A stretch of DNA of 64,000 nucleotides from an uncultured archaeon (GTDB lineage: Archaea > Thermoproteota > Nitrososphaeria > Nitrososphaerales > Gagatemarchaeaceae). The stretch spans positions 1,632,001-1,696,000 of the forward strand of contig CAWCYD010000003.1 of assembly GCA_963799775.1 (NCBI GenBank), written 5' to 3'. Positions 19,209-31,190 of the stretch are shown one piece after another. The translations under genes and the position numbers were made by a program. Below the pieces are notes generated by a model. It worked only from the letters and a program-made list of their open reading frames with translations, ran no database searches and was not told the DNA's origin. Within the stretch, counting starts at the first letter, position 1, and each line of letters begins with the position of its first letter.

Positions 19209-22060
19209 TCACTCGAGATAGAAGGTCGGTTTGAAGGGGAGAGCGCCGTCCGCCTTGTTGGCGGGGTCATCCGTCTTCTTCTCTCCGGCCTTGAACACCC
19301 TGACCTCGATCCCTACCTCCTGCGAGAGGAAGGGGGCGGCCTGGTTGAGCACAGCGAACTCGTCCAGCTCGCCCAGTTTCATCAGCCTCGCCACAAGCTC
19401 CTCTCCGAGCTCGTGCTGGAGCTTGATGACCCGCTCGGGCTTTATCCCCGAGTTGGCGTATCTCTTGATCACCTCGCCGCGAGCTGCGCCTGACTTGTCG
19501 GCCTTGACGAGCTCCGTGAAGTAGTCGGTGGCTTTGTCCGAGGCCACGTATATCGTGAGGCGGCTCTTCTTCTCCTTGATGATGTGGAGCAGGTTCCTTG
19601 CGTCCTCTATCACCTTGGCCACCAGGATTTCCGAGAGCTCGGCCTCCTCGTCGTGAGGAAAGTCGACGGGCGAAGGCCAGTCCGCCGTCGCGATGAGGCC
19701 CTTGTTGCCCATCTTCTTGTTGAGCTCTTCAGCCGCGAAGGGGATGAAGGGGGCGACCAGGCGGATCCAGGTCTCGAAGACGGTCTTGACGGTCGCGTAT
19801 CGGGGGCTCTCTGTCCGCCTGAGATACCAGCGCACGTCGTTCCAGACGTCAAGCAGCCCGACGGAGATCGCCTTCCTGATCTTCATCTCCTCCAGGGACT
19901 TCGTCACCACCTCTATCCTCCCATGGATGACGGAGAGGAGCCAGCGGTCGGAGAGGTCGCGCTCCCTCTCGGTCGCGTTCGCGAGGCCTTTCTCGATGAA
20001 GGAGAAGAGCGAGTCTATCTTCATGCTGATGTCCTCGGCGTTCTTCGCCTTCCAGTCGGCGTCGTCCATCCCGTCCGCGGCGAGGGCGAGCGTCGCGCGG
20101 AGGCCGTCGGCCCCGTACTGCTCCAGCGCGTGCCTCCACGTGATGAAGACGTTCCTCGACTTGCTCATCTTCTGGCCCTCTATCTGGATCATCCCGTTCA
20201 CGCTGAACCCGCGCGGCCAGTGCTTCTGCTCGAAGAGAGCGCAGTGGTGGAAGGCGTAGAAGGTCAGGTGGTTGGGGATGAGCTCCTTCGCGGAGTTGCG
20301 CATGTCGACGGGGTACCAGTAGAGGAACTCGCTCCTCATCGCCTTCAGGAGCCTCAGGTCGATCCCCGAGAGCTTCGAGACGTGCGCCTCCGAGCCCTTC
20401 CCAAGGAGGAGGTAGTCGAAGACCTCGGGGAAGAGCTGGCCGAAGTTGACCTTCTCGGAGTTCACGAAGTGGGCGAGGGTGTAGAACGCCATGTAGATGG
20501 TGGAGTCGGAGAGCGTCTCGACGATCCACTCCTTGTCCCACGGGAGCTTCGTCCCCATCCCCGACTTGCGCGCGCAGGGCCAGTTGCGCAGCCAGTCGAT
20601 GGTGGAGAAGTACCACGCCAGTGACTCTGGGGGGAAGACGTTGGCGGCGCTGATCAGCGTCTTCGTCTTCTCCTTCCACGCCGGGTCCGAGTAGTTCAGG
20701 AACCACTGGTTCTCCAGGATCTTCACGTAGCATCTGGTGGCGCACTTGCACACGACCTTCTGGGGGAGCTCCTGCATCGTGGTCAGGAGCTCCTTGTCGC
20801 CCATCGCCTCGACGACCTTGGGCTTGGCCTCGCTGACCTTCATGCCCTTGTAGCCGTCGCAGTTCTCCTTCAGCACGCCTCGGTGGAACTCCGCCTTGTA
20901 GACCTCCGCGGTCGCGTCCTCGAGCTTCGGGTCGTTCGAGTCCTTGATGCCGCGCTTCTTCACCTCGTCTGCAGCGGGCACTTCTGAGTATCCTTGGACA
21001 GAGATGATCGAGATCGGCTTCAGCTTGTCCGCTAGCTGGCGGACCTTGGGGGAGACTTGACCCGGCCCTCCTGGACGTCGACGAGGCCCATGTAGTCGTA
21101 GGGGGCGTGCGCCGGGACGCTGTAGACGACCCCGGTGACCAGCTCGGTGTCGACGAACGTCGCGGGCAGGACAGGCAGGCTCTTCCCTGTGAGGGGCGCC
21201 CTGACCGTCAAGCCCAGGAGGTCGAACCCCGTGAGCTCGTCCGTGATCTTCGCGTCGTGCTGCTGCTCTGAGAGCCTGGTCACGGCGGACTTGCTAATTA
21301 TCCAGGTCTCGCCGTCCACCTGCGCCTCCACGTACTTGCCCTCGGGATGTACCCAGACGTTCGTCGCGCCGAAGATGGTCTCGGGTCGGAGGGTGCCCGC
21401 GACGAGCCACCTCTTCTTCGCGCCCTCGACCTTCTCCTCCACCTCGAACTTCACCAGGTTGAACTCCTCGGGCGAGACGCCCTCGCCTTCCATCCTGTCG
21501 TGGTCCCCCGTCGGGCTCTCGTCGTGGGGGCACCAGACCACGGGGTGCGTGCCCTGGACGACGTAGCCGAGCTCGCGGAGCTTCAGGTATTGCCACTCGA
21601 CGAACTTCTTGAAGCCCGGGTCGACGGTCCTGAACTCACGCCTCCAGTCGATGGCGAACCCCGTGTCCTTGACGGCCTCGCGGCTGACCCGTGTGTAGTA
21701 GGACGCGAGGTATTCGGGGTCGACGAACCTCTCGACCTCGCTCTCCGGGACGCCGTCGATCTCTAGGAAGGCCTTGCGCACTCCCTCGTCGCCCTCTGAG
21801 AGGCGGTAGCTCATCCCGGGGATGCTCTCCCCGGTCCAGTGCCAGGCCCACGGGAAGAGGACGTTGTTGCCCTGCATCCTCTTGAAGCGTGCGTAGATGT
21901 CGACCCTCGTCGCTGTGAAGCAGTGCCCTATGTGGAGGGGGCCGTTCATGTAGGGGAACGGGAACGTGACGAAGACCTTCTTCCTCCCGGGGACCGACTC
22001 TGACTCGAAGACCCGCCTTTCATTCCATACCTTGAGCCAGTACTTCTCGTATTGCGCCAA
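19209..22060 (-). CDS. leuS: Leucine--tRNA ligase (frameshift ~21040)
   Basis: PYMNGPLHIGH, TLRPET editing domain, KMSKS; two ORFs join across one indel. Confidence 0.95.
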
Positions 22061-22071
22061 AGTCCCTGCCT

Positions 22072-24831
22072 CTATTTTGAGAGCGTCCCGGAGATGGATT
22101 TCGTCAGGAGCTCCTTCGCTTTCGAGACGTCCAGAGGCTTCGGCCCTCCGCCCTGCGCAAAGTCCTTCCTTCCCCCGCCGGCGCCCCCCATGGCCTTTGA
22201 GAGCTCCTTCACGAGCGAGTCCGCGGCCACGCCCGCCTGCTGCGCTTGAGGGCCGACAAAACAGACTATCCTGGTGGAACTCCCGCGCGGCGAGATGCTG
22301 ACGTCCACTATGGACGGCTCTTCTTTTACTAGCTTCTCGCCGAGGCTAACAATAAGTTCGTCGCCCATCTCTGCGTCCAGTGACACATAAAGCATTGCCT
22401 TGCCCTTCGGCCCTTTGATCGGGGTCGCCGAGGCGGCGAGCCTTGGCACGGACGCCTCGAGCAGCTTCTCCCCGAGTGCCTTCTCCCGCTTTTGCGACTC
22501 CTCGAGCTTCTGCTTCATCGCCGCGATGGACCTTGACGACGTTCTCCCTCTGGACGCCGAGGACGGAGGAGGCCTGCTCTATCGTCGAGTCCATGCTCTG
22601 GATGTAGTCCACGGCAGGGTACCCTGCGACGAAGACGAGCCTCTCTACTCCGTCCTGGATTCTCTCGGTCCGCATTATCTTGATGAAGCCAACCTGGCCC
22701 GTCGTGTCGGTGTGTGTCCCTCCGCACGCCTGTATGTCCCAGTCGTTGATGTTGACGATCCTCAGGGTACGCGAGGGAACGACCCCTCCTTGGAAGAGCC
22801 TGAAGCCGTACTTGGCCTCCGCCTCCTTCCTGGGGAGCCATGAGATCTTGACAGGGTAGTTCTTCATCACGACGTCGTTCGCGACGTCCTCGATTTTCCT
22901 CACCTCTTCGTCGGTGAGTTTCGCGAAGTGCGTGATGTCGAGCCTGCCGTAGTCTTCCTCCTTGAAGGCCGAGTGCTGCCAGACCCACGGGCCCAGGACC
23001 TGGCGCGAGGCCCCGTTCACGATGTGGGTTGCCGTGTGGATGCGGCGTATCTTCTGGCGCCTCTTGGCGTCGACCTTCCCGATGACCTTGGCGCCCTCCC
23101 TCGGCTCGAGGCCCTCCAGCTTGTGGACTATCACGCCCCCGTACTTCTCGACGTCCACGACCTTCCTCCCCTCGATGGTCCCGTGGTCGGGCTCCTGGCC
23201 GCCTCCCCTTGGGTAGAAGGCGGTCTGGTCCAGCACCACGTAGCCTCCCTTGAAGGCCTTCAGGGACCTTGGCGCTGAACTCGAACTCCTCTCCGTTCTC
23301 GTAGTAGAGGGGCCTGGTCTCAGGGAGCCCCGAGGTGTCGAACTCGGGGTGCTTCTGATCGACCTTCTGCGAGACGTGCTTCGCGACCACCCGCTGGTAG
23401 AAGTCCTCGGGGACGGCGACCTTCGCGCCTCCCTCGACGAGCTGCTCCGGGGTGATGCCGTCGGAGTCGTAGAGCTTCACTAGGTCGTCCACGCCGATCT
23501 CTTTCTTGGAGGCGGCGAGCTGGGCGACCGTCCTCGAGACCCTCTGGACCGTGGTCGAGTAGCGGGAGGACTCTATCTCGATGGACCTTCGAGACGTCGT
23601 CCCTGTGCTCGGCGAGCTCCGGATACATCTTCCCCAGCTGGTCGGTGTGCCAGCTCACGACGTCGGCGAACCTGAACTTGAACCCGTAGTAGTCGATGAA
23701 GGACTGGGCCCTCCTGAAGAGGACTCGGAGGTTGTAGCCCCCGCCCACGTTGGAGGGCGGCAGCCCATCGGTTATCGCGAAGAGGAGGGTCCGCGCATGG
23801 TCTGCGACCGCGTACATTGCCTGCATAGGGCCGAGCGCCTTGGCGAGGGCGTCGGGGTCGACGTTGAGGCTCTTCGCGATTACCTTCCTCGCCTCAGAGA
23901 GGGTCGGGTACTCGTCGAGGTTCATCGCCCCCGCGAGGCGCGAGTACCTCTCGAAGAGCCTCTTGTCGTAGTCGACCTTCGACAGCTCCTTCATCTTGGC
24001 CAGAACCGGAGCGAAGGCCGTGTCGTAGTAGGTGGGCGTTCCTGTGGTGAGCCAAGAAAGCCTCTCCAGGCCCGCGCCCATGTCCACGACCTTCTCCGGG
24101 AGTTCGGTATAGCTTGACGGATCGCCCTCGAACGCCGTGAAGACCGCGTTACCGGCCTCGACACCCCTAACGAAGAACTCGAGGCTGTAGCCAAAAGCCC
24201 CCGCCCCCACCCAGACGCTCTCCACGAACGAGACCTCCTTCTCGGGTATCCCGAATTCCTTCGTGAGGAGCTCAAAGTCGAGGTCGATGCACTTGTCCTT
24301 CCAGTAGCCGTCCTTGTTGGCTATCGCGGTCTGCCCGATCATGACGAAGGACGTCCCGTGCTTGCCGCTCACGCCGACGCTGGGGACGTCGTTGAACCTC
24401 AGGCACATCTGCGGGACGACGAGGGGGTTGGTGGGGAGCTCGAAGACAACCTTGCCGTTCTCGATTCTCTGGAAGTCGACGATCGAGGCGACCGTGAAGA
24501 AGAGGTCGGGCCGCCACCTTGCGACGACGGGATACCTCGGGATGCTCGTGTGTCCGTTCTTGACGAAGAACTTCTCGACGACGTCCCAGGACTGGGTGTA
24601 GTCCAGCCTCTTCTTAGTGGGCGGGTCGCCGATGAACGTGTAGGGAGAGCAGGTCGAGTCGTCGCAGAGCTTGCGGTCTGGGTTGAGCGTCCAAAAGTGC
24701 TTGCCGCAGTTGGGGCACTGTTTCCTCACGAACCCCTTGCGCTTGAAGAGGTCGACCATGTAGTACTTTTCGTACTCGCCCGAGAACCTCTCCTGAAGGA
24801 TCTCCTTCGGGCTCTTCTGGGTCTCCTGCAT
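22072..24831 (-). CDS. alaS: Alanine--tRNA ligase (frameshifts ~23580, ~23265, ~22525)
   Basis: RYPVVARWR, QMCLRFND, DMGAGLER, DHART, HTATH, ACGGTH, GGGGRKDFAQGGG. Confidence 0.95.
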
Positions 24832-24959
24832 CTCTGCCTCGCTGCCTCGCCGCGACGGTAATAAACAGATTATGGGGTTATGAGGTCAAGACTTGGCACC
24901 GGGCCTTTGGGGGCGAGGTCGCCGCAACGGCCCAGGAGCCGGAGAGGGACAAAATCCGG

Positions 24960-25133
24960 CTACGCTCCATCTCGGGGGGGATAGGCCTCCCCGCTCCGCT
25001 TTGGAGGATAACTAACCTTGCAAGTGCAAGCGAACGTGAAATTGTTGCAACCAACACAAATCCTCACGCCACGCCTGATGACGGCGGGTCCATTGCACGT
25101 TCTACAGAACCCGCGCTCCTCCTCCGGCTCCAA
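24960..25133 (-). CDS. Six-cysteine zinc-binding micro-protein (57 aa)
   Basis: Read manually from TTG: MEPEEERGFCRTCNGPAVIRRGVRICVGCNNFTFACTCKVSYPP... Confidence 0.6.
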   Translation of the reverse strand: MEPEEERGFCRTCNGPAVIRRGVRICVGCNNFTFACTCKVSYPPKRSGEAYPPRDGA

Positions 25134-25261
25134 GCTACCGGCATGCTGGGGGTCGCATTTGTTAAAAATGCACCCTCGAATCCCCCCGCTTACGGAGCAG
25201 AACCCAAAATCCCAGCAAAAACTATAAATGCGGTAGGAGGACGGCGAGGTTAGAAATCAGA

Positions 25262-25576
25262 ATGACGGACTCTTACATGTATGCGGCGTTAATGCTTCAC
25301 AAGGCAGGAAAGAAGGTAGACGAGCAGGGACTGACCAGCGTTGTAAAGGCAGCTGGAGTGGAGGTCGACACGGTGAAGGTCAAGGCGCTCGCATCTGCGC
25401 TAAGCGAAGTCAACATCGATGAAGCGCTGAAGAACGCTGCTTCGATGGCAATGGCAGCGGCGGCACCCGCGGCTGTGGCGGCACCTGCAGCAGGCGCAAA
25501 GAAAGAAGAAAAGCCAAAGGAAGACGAGAAGAAGGAAGAAGAGGCGCTCGCAGGCCTGGCCTCACTCTTCGGCTAG
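25262..25576 (+). CDS. rpl12: 50S ribosomal protein P1 (aL12)
   Basis: 'YMYAALMLH', Ala hinge, acidic tail '[13 protein letters not shown]'. Confidence 0.97.
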   Translation: MTDSYMYAALMLHKAGKKVDEQGLTSVVKAAGVEVDTVKVKALASALSEVNIDEALKNAASMAMAAAAPAAVAAPAAGAKKEEKPKEDEKKEEEALAGLASLFG

Positions 25577-25862
25577 ATCTCTTCCGAGAAGCATTCGCCA
25601 CCCCTCACTCACGGGAATTTTGCGTTCCTTGAGGCGGCGTGCCGCACCGTCTTTCTGAATCGGTTGTGATCCTAACCCTAGGACCGCGAACGCGCTGCCA
25701 CCCGGCGTTCTTCTCTATTCTTCTCCGCCAGGGCTACTAGAGCCTCAGAGAAGCTCTGCGAGAGTGCCTGAAGCTCTCTCTTCTTTTGATCACTCAGGGC
25801 CATTTCTTCTAGCCGCTGAAGTTCTCGCCGTCTCTTAAGATCTCAGCGCAGCAGAAAGAGAA

Positions 25863-26772
25863 CTATGCCGGCTTTGCTTCTGCGGGAGCAGCGGCGCCGT
25901 ATCCCTTCTCCTTGGCCTTCGCCAAGACCGCGTTCGCCTCTGCCTCGGCCTTGCCGATGATAACCGGTGCGCTCTCCTTCGTTATCTCTCCGGACTCCAC
26001 GGCGAGCGCGAGGGCCTCTCTGTAGGCCTTCATGATTATCGCAGGAGCGGTCTCCTTTGTCACGTAGCCTATCTCGATCGAAAGGCCCCTAGCTGACGCG
26101 TAGCCCTCAAGGAGGCTAGCGCGATACTTGTCGAGGTCGATCGCCACAGCCTCTGCGCCGTAGATGAGGCCGTTCTCGTATGCTAGCGCTATGGCAAGGC
26201 CTGCGCGGATTGGCTTGATGCCGAGCCTGGACAGGAGGCTCGCTAGCTTCGGCGAGATCGGTGTGCCCGGCTTTGCGACGACCGAGTCCTCGACGACCTG
26301 GATGCTGCCGGCCTCTATCTTCGTCTTGATGCCCGCTTCCCTGAACTCGCTGAGGACGGTGCCCGCTTGCTGCCCCGTGTTCCCTGCGGGGACTACTATG
26401 TTGGTGGGCGCGGTGTCGCCTGCCCTTGCGGCTAGGTTGACCCTGTTCTTCTCCAGCAGGAGGAAGAGCTTGAACGGGTCGATCTTCGAGAATATGAGAG
26501 CGTTCTGGCCTTCGAGGTGGTTCAGCACTTCGTCTGCGTTCTTTATGCCCGATTTCTTGAGCCCGAGTATGGCGAGCTTGTTCTTGACCACGACGATCTC
26601 CGCGTTGCCTCTCAGGCACCTTCCTCACCGCCATGAGCTGGGCGGACCTCACCTTGGAGAGCCTCGTCACAGCGAGGACGGGGTAGTCCTTTGCGAGCTT
26701 CGCGATGCGCTCGACCATCGCGACCTTCTCAGCGCTGGGCTCGCGCTTGTGGACCTGGACCTGCTGGCTCAA
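25863..26772 (-). CDS. rplP0: 50S ribosomal protein L10/P0 (frameshift ~26615)
   Basis: 'VVKNKLA','GQNALIF','AARAGD.AP..IVVPAGNTG'. Confidence 0.95.
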
Positions 26773-27422
26773 CTCTCTTCGACCTTTGTCTTTGCGAGCT
26801 TCCCCATGCTCGTCTTCACCCCCACGGTCCTGATGTTCTTGTCCCCGTTGGGGAGCTTCTTCTGGACGGCTTGGACCACGGCAACGATGTTATCGGCAAT
26901 CTCGGCGTCGGAGAGCTTCCTGTCGCCAACCCTGCCGCTCACTCCGAGCGAGCCCCTGCTCCTGACACGGATCGCGGTCCTCGTCCTGTTGATCAGCGCC
27001 TCGATCTGGGCGTTGGGAGGGACCGCGGTGGGAATCTTGCCCCTCGGGCCCAGATACTGACCCAGGATCCTGCCGATCCTCGGCATGAGCGCTGTGTCTG
27101 CGAGGAAGAAATCGTACTGCCTGGCGAGGTTCTTCGCCTCCTTCTTGTTGCCCGCGTAGCTCTCAAGCTGAGCAGGCTCGATGGCCCCGTCGACCTTCGC
27201 GTTCTTGGCCCTGAGCAGGAGGTCGCCAGAGCCCACAAAGCAGATCGAGGCGCGGTGCGCCCCTGGATGAGGGAGATAGACCGTCTCGTTGATGTTGAGG
27301 TCAGTCTTCTTGGGGTCGACGTCCCTGAAGGTCAAGAAAGTCTCCACTGACTCGGGGAACTTCCTTTCCTTGGAGTCCTTCCCCTTCTTGACTAAATCGG
27401 CTAATTGGGAGTTCGAAAGCAA
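26769..27422 (-). CDS. rpl1: 50S ribosomal protein L1
   Basis: 'RKF.ESVE','LGQYLGPRGK.P','VKTSMG'. Confidence 0.96.
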   Translation of the reverse strand: MLSNSQLADLVKKGKDSKERKFPESVETFLTFRDVDPKKTDLNINETVYLPHPGAHRASICFVGSGDLLLRAKNAKVDGAIEPAQLESYAGNKKEAKNLARQYDFFLADTALMPRIGRILGQYLGPRGKIPTAVPPNAQIEALINRTRTAIRVRSRGSLGVSGRVGDRKLSDAEIADNIVAVVQAVQKKLPNGDKNIRTVGVKTSMGKLAKTKVEES

Positions 27423-27521
27423 ACCGTGTTCCCCTGGAATCGAGACGAGCCTCAGGATTGTTCTTAAAAGAGTTTCGGGTTCGCGGCGGGATTTTTCGGC
27501 TGACTCGGAGACTGATTTCGC

Positions 27522-28019
27522 CTACTTCGCTTCAAAGGCGGCGATAGGAGAGTCCCACTTGCCGCTCTCTATCTCCTTCATGAACTGACGCGGGTCCGTG
27601 TTCTCCACCTTCACTCCCATGCTGACGCAGCTCCCGACGACCTCCTTCACCGCGGACCTGATCGACTTTGCGTACGAGTCGCCCATCTTGATCTTCGCGA
27701 TGTTGATGACCTTGTCGAATGTGACGTTCCCCACCAGGTCCGTGTTGGGCTTTCCGGAGCCCCTTGGGACTCCCGCCTCCTTGACCACCAAGGCAGAGGT
27801 GGTGGGCGTACCCACCGTGACGGAGAACTTCTTTGTCTCGGTGTCGACCTCAATCTTGACAGGGACGCGCATCCCCTTGAAGTCCCCTGTGACCTTGTTG
27901 ATCTCGTTCACTATGGCGAGCACGTTGACACCGAGCGGCCCGAGCTGTGGCCCGAGAGGCGCACCCGCGGTGGCCTCCCCGCCCATGACAAGGACCGAGA
28001 CTAACTTGTTTTCTGCCAA
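27522..28019 (-). CDS. rpl11: 50S ribosomal protein L11
   Basis: 'GGEATAGAPLGPQLGPLGVN','KEVVGSCVSMG'. Confidence 0.97.
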   Translation of the reverse strand: MAENKLVSVLVMGGEATAGAPLGPQLGPLGVNVLAIVNEINKVTGDFKGMRVPVKIEVDTETKKFSVTVGTPTTSALVVKEAGVPRGSGKPNTDLVGNVTFDKVINIAKIKMGDSYAKSIRSAVKEVVGSCVSMGVKVENTDPRQFMKEIESGKWDSPIAAFEAK

Positions 28020-28080
28020 TCTGCTCTACCTTTGTTCTGACCGCCCGAGGTGCGTCCGGATTAAAGTGTTTGCCCGGCGC

Positions 28081-29119
28081 AGGTGTGTCGAATAACTTCA
28101 CGATCGGCTACTTTCGCGCATCGCTACTCCGCCCGCCTCTCGTCTAGGGGTTCGAGATCCCGACGAACAGGTTGTAGACCTGTGCCTTCAGCAGGAGCTC
28201 GTTCACCATGTTCTCCCACTTCACCGAGGTTATGTGCTCCCCGAACGTACGCTTGAACGAGGATATCGCCGACTCGACCCTCGCCCGCTGACCGTACCCG
28301 TGCCTCCTCTTCCACCGCTCCCTGTCCCTCAGCTGCTCCATCACGACGAGCTTCCTGGGCATGCACCCGAGAGAGTGCACAGAGGCGTCCTTTCGCACCT
28401 TGACCACGGGCTCTATCCCTTTCGAGTCCAGGTAGCTGAATATCTCCCTCGAGTCATACGCCCCGTCCGCTATCGCCCTCGTGACGCTCGCCTTCGACGA
28501 CGCTCCCTCCACCAGAGGGACGAGCATCCTCCTGTCGTGCACGTCGTCCTTCGTCACCTCCATCGAGAGTATCTTCCCGGTCTTGACGTCCACGGCCAGG
28601 TGGACCTTGATGAAGCCTCGCTTCACCGCCCACATCTGCCTTATCCACTCCCCTCGGTTGGAGACCTTGATCCCGGTCGAGTCAACCGCTATGGTGACGT
28701 CTTCGTCTGGGTCTACGTTCGGGTCCAGCTCTATCTTTACTCGCGATATCCGCCACCACATCGTGGTGTAGTCTGGGGCACTTGAGCCCTTCCACGTGTC
28801 CCGCGAACATCCTGAGGAACCCCTCCAGCTCCCGGTACGGGAGCAGGTAGACGTGGATGGCTGCGAGCATACTCATTAACGAGTCTGGATAGCGATATCT
28901 CGCTCCTTCCTTCTCCTCGTTGAGCTTCCCTAGTTCTGCGCTCCATCCAGATAAAAAATCGGTATCGAAGAGGAGCTCTCCCCTCCTCACCAGCGACTCG
29001 TTGTACTCCTTCCAGTTGCGCTTCTTCTTCGTGACCACGCCATCATGAGAGGATTCCCTCTCCTCTCATCCACCTGAGCGAGGGAACCTTGACCAAACGA
29101 TTAGTTATTCGACACACCT
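28081..29119 (-). mobile_element. IS5-family insertion sequence (ISH1/IS903-like), 1039 bp
   Basis: 17-bp TIR AGGTGTGTCGAATAACT (28081-28097 / 29103-29119); 8-bp TSD CCCGGCGC (28073-28080 / 29120-29127). Confidence 0.93.
28144..29038 (-). CDS. IS5-family transposase (frameshift ~28780)
   Basis: 'NWKEYNESLVRRGE','AVDSTGIKV','KVHLAVD','IADGAYD','RARVESAISSFKR'. Confidence 0.9.
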
Positions 29120-29240
29120 CCCGGCGCTTGGCCCTTCGGTGGGTCATCAAGGGACTGCAATCTGGCATTTCTGGCCAACTAACTTTCTTCTAGTTTCAAG
29201 GTCGCACATGCACTAATGGGCGGACGAAACCTAGTTCTCT

Positions 29241-29351
29241 ATGTCAGCGCAGGAATACAGCTGTGAAAGGTGCGGCCAGAACTTTCCGTCGGGGGATGAG
29301 CTGAGCAGGCACTACGAGATAGCCCATCCTGAGATGGACCCCCAAGCCTGA
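29241..29351 (+). CDS. C2H2 zinc-finger micro-protein (36 aa)
   Basis: MSAQEYSCERCGQNFPSGDELSRHYEIAHPEMDPQA*: Y-x-C-x2-C-x3-F-x5-L-x2-H-x4-H; followed by T-run terminator. Confidence 0.8.
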   Translation: MSAQEYSCERCGQNFPSGDELSRHYEIAHPEMDPQA

Positions 29352-29387
29352 ATTTTTTTCTAATCACCTGGGTCTCGAACGCGAGAC

Positions 29388-29879
29388 TCAGGCCTTTTCT
29401 GGATGCTTCGCCTTTTCGACTATCTTGACGTAGGCCGCCGAAAGGGTGACCGGCATAGAGTAAGGGGTGTCCACCAGGATCACCGTGATCTCCTGCTTCG
29501 ACTGCTCGATCCGCGTTATCTTGGCCCTCATCGTCTTGAAAGGCCCTGCCACTATCTCCACGGTGTCGCCCTCGCCAAGCTCAGCGACCATCGACTTTGT
29601 CACAAGGAACTTTTCGATGTCTGAGAACTGCATCATTCCGGGGATCTTGCTCCTGATGTGCTTGAACCCCTGGATGCTCTCGTCGACCACCTGAGAGTTC
29701 GGCGCCTCGAAGAGGACGTAGCCCTTCCAGGTGTCGAGAGCGAGTATCGAGTATATCGGCTTGTTCTTCTGCTTGGCCCTCTCGGCTACGAAGGTGGCGA
29801 CGGTCTTCTCCTGCCCGCCTGTGGTCTTAACGGGATAAATCGAACTCTGTCTTTGCTCTGTCGCAGTCGAGGATGACAT
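29388..29879 (-). CDS. spt5: Transcription elongation factor Spt5/NusG
   Basis: 'KTTGGQEK','KGYVLFEA', KOW 'GDTVEIVAGPFK'. Confidence 0.96.
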   Translation of the reverse strand: MSSSTATEQRQSSIYPVKTTGGQEKTVATFVAERAKQKNKPIYSILALDTWKGYVLFEAPNSQVVDESIQGFKHIRSKIPGMMQFSDIEKFLVTKSMVAELGEGDTVEIVAGPFKTMRAKITRIEQSKQEITVILVDTPYSMPVTLSAAYVKIVEKAKHPEKA

Positions 29880-29901
29880 GTTGATCTCTGTCTCCAGTTG
29901 A

Positions 29902-30078
29902 CTAGCCGAATATCGTCGGCAGGGCCGTCGACATGAGCTTCACGAGGAAGCCGATGACGCCCACCACCCCAAGGCCCAGCAGGACGAGCTTCAGGTAGAG
30001 GAAGAACTCGTCTCGGTCGCTCTTCCTTGAGAGTTTGATTACCGAACCCATCGAGCGAAGAAAGTCACGCCAGGCCAA
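29902..30078 (-). CDS. secE: Protein translocase subunit SecE/Sec61 gamma
   Basis: Manual: MAWRDFLRSMGSVIKLSRKSDRDEFFLYLKLVLLGLGVVGVIGFLVKL...; canonical position before spt5. Confidence 0.9.
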   Translation of the reverse strand: MAWRDFLRSMGSVIKLSRKSDRDEFFLYLKLVLLGLGVVGVIGFLVKLMSTALPTIFG

Positions 30079-30354
30079 ATGAAACTACTTTGACCCCAAC
30101 TCTCGGAGGTGTTTATATGGCTTGTTAGTCTCGGAGGCTTCGCGAACCAATGCCACAGAAGAGGGACGAAGTGGTGGGAGAGGCCGATGACAGCGAGGAA
30201 GAGGAAGAGGCCGACAGGACGGAGGATGTCCACGAGAAGGCCCATCGTCGCAAGAGAGGCAAGGGCGCCTAGCAACCCTCGTTCGATTGGCTGCCGCTCG
30301 GCGAATATTTTCCATCTAACCTTTATGCGCACTTGACGACCGAACGAACTTCAG

Positions 30355-31190
30355 ATGATGCCCCAGCCTGAGGCAGGCCAGCGCACCTTCGTGCTCGTGG
30401 CTTCCTCCAAGAACCCGGCATCGAAGACGATCGCCTCAGCCCTCGTCCGAAACCATGGGTTCCAATCCACGGGGATCGCGTTCCAGTCCACGCCCCTCTA
30501 CCAGAGCGGCTCGGTCATCCTGGCGACGATGGACGAGGAGATCATCGAGCCCCCCGACCTTGACGCCTACTTCCGGGCCCAGGCGTACGTCTTCCTTTCC
30601 ACGCACAGGGCCGAGTCGGGGATCCCATCGCTGACGGTCCACACCACGGGGAACTTCACAGACAAGGCGGTCCTCGGCGCCAGGCCCAGGGAAGTGGGGA
30701 TGATAGACCCCGACCTGCAGAAGAACTACCTCATCGCGCTCCAGGAGAGGCGCTCCAAGCTCGAGGGCTACGAGGTGACGATAGAGGCGACGCACCACGG
30801 CCCGACGTCGCTGAAGCGGCCGGTCTTGTTCGTCGAACTCGGCTCGAGCGAGAGGCAGTGGGGCGACTCGCACGCAGCAGAGGTCATCGCGGACGCGCTC
30901 ATGTCCTCCCTCGCCTCCAACAAGAGCTGGGAGAAGGTCGCGATAGCATTCGGCGGGCCCACTACCCGCAGAAGTTCAACGACGTGCTGCTCAACGGCGA
31001 GTACGCTCTATCTGCCGTCGTCGCCAAGCACTACCTCGAATGGCTCGACTCGGAGCTCTTCGGGCAGATCATCCAGAGGACGACGAGGTTCCCCCGCTAC
31101 GTCTTGATCGACTGGAAGGGCGCTGGACCTCACAAGGAAAAGATAATATTGCTCTCCAAACAGTTCGCACTCGAAGTGGTTCGAGTTTGA
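30355..31190 (+). CDS. dtdA: Archaeal D-aminoacyl-tRNA deacylase (frameshift ~30958)
   Basis: 'FLSTH..ESG.PSLTVHTTGN','EATHHGPT','FVELGS','GG.HY'. Confidence 0.92.

Noticed and set aside
19209-22060. Naturally split (alpha/beta) LeuRS
   Set aside because: Break lies at a G-run inside the editing domain and the frames join by one indel
18423-24861. Long antisense ORFs (e.g. 18423-19493, 19584-20624, 19849-20751)
   Set aside because: Shadow frames of high-GC coding genes with no protein motifs
24870-25010. SRP RNA or riboswitch upstream of alaS
   Set aside because: No SRP helix-8 motif or riboswitch consensus; part of the region is explained by a Zn micro-ORF
29140-29235. Hammerhead/HDV-like ribozyme (CTAATGGG...CGAAAC)
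   Set aside because: Lacks the CUGAnGA core and the required stems
30039-30336. Small ORFs between secE and dtdA
   Set aside because: Overlapping candidates on both strands with no recognisable motif; cannot choose one
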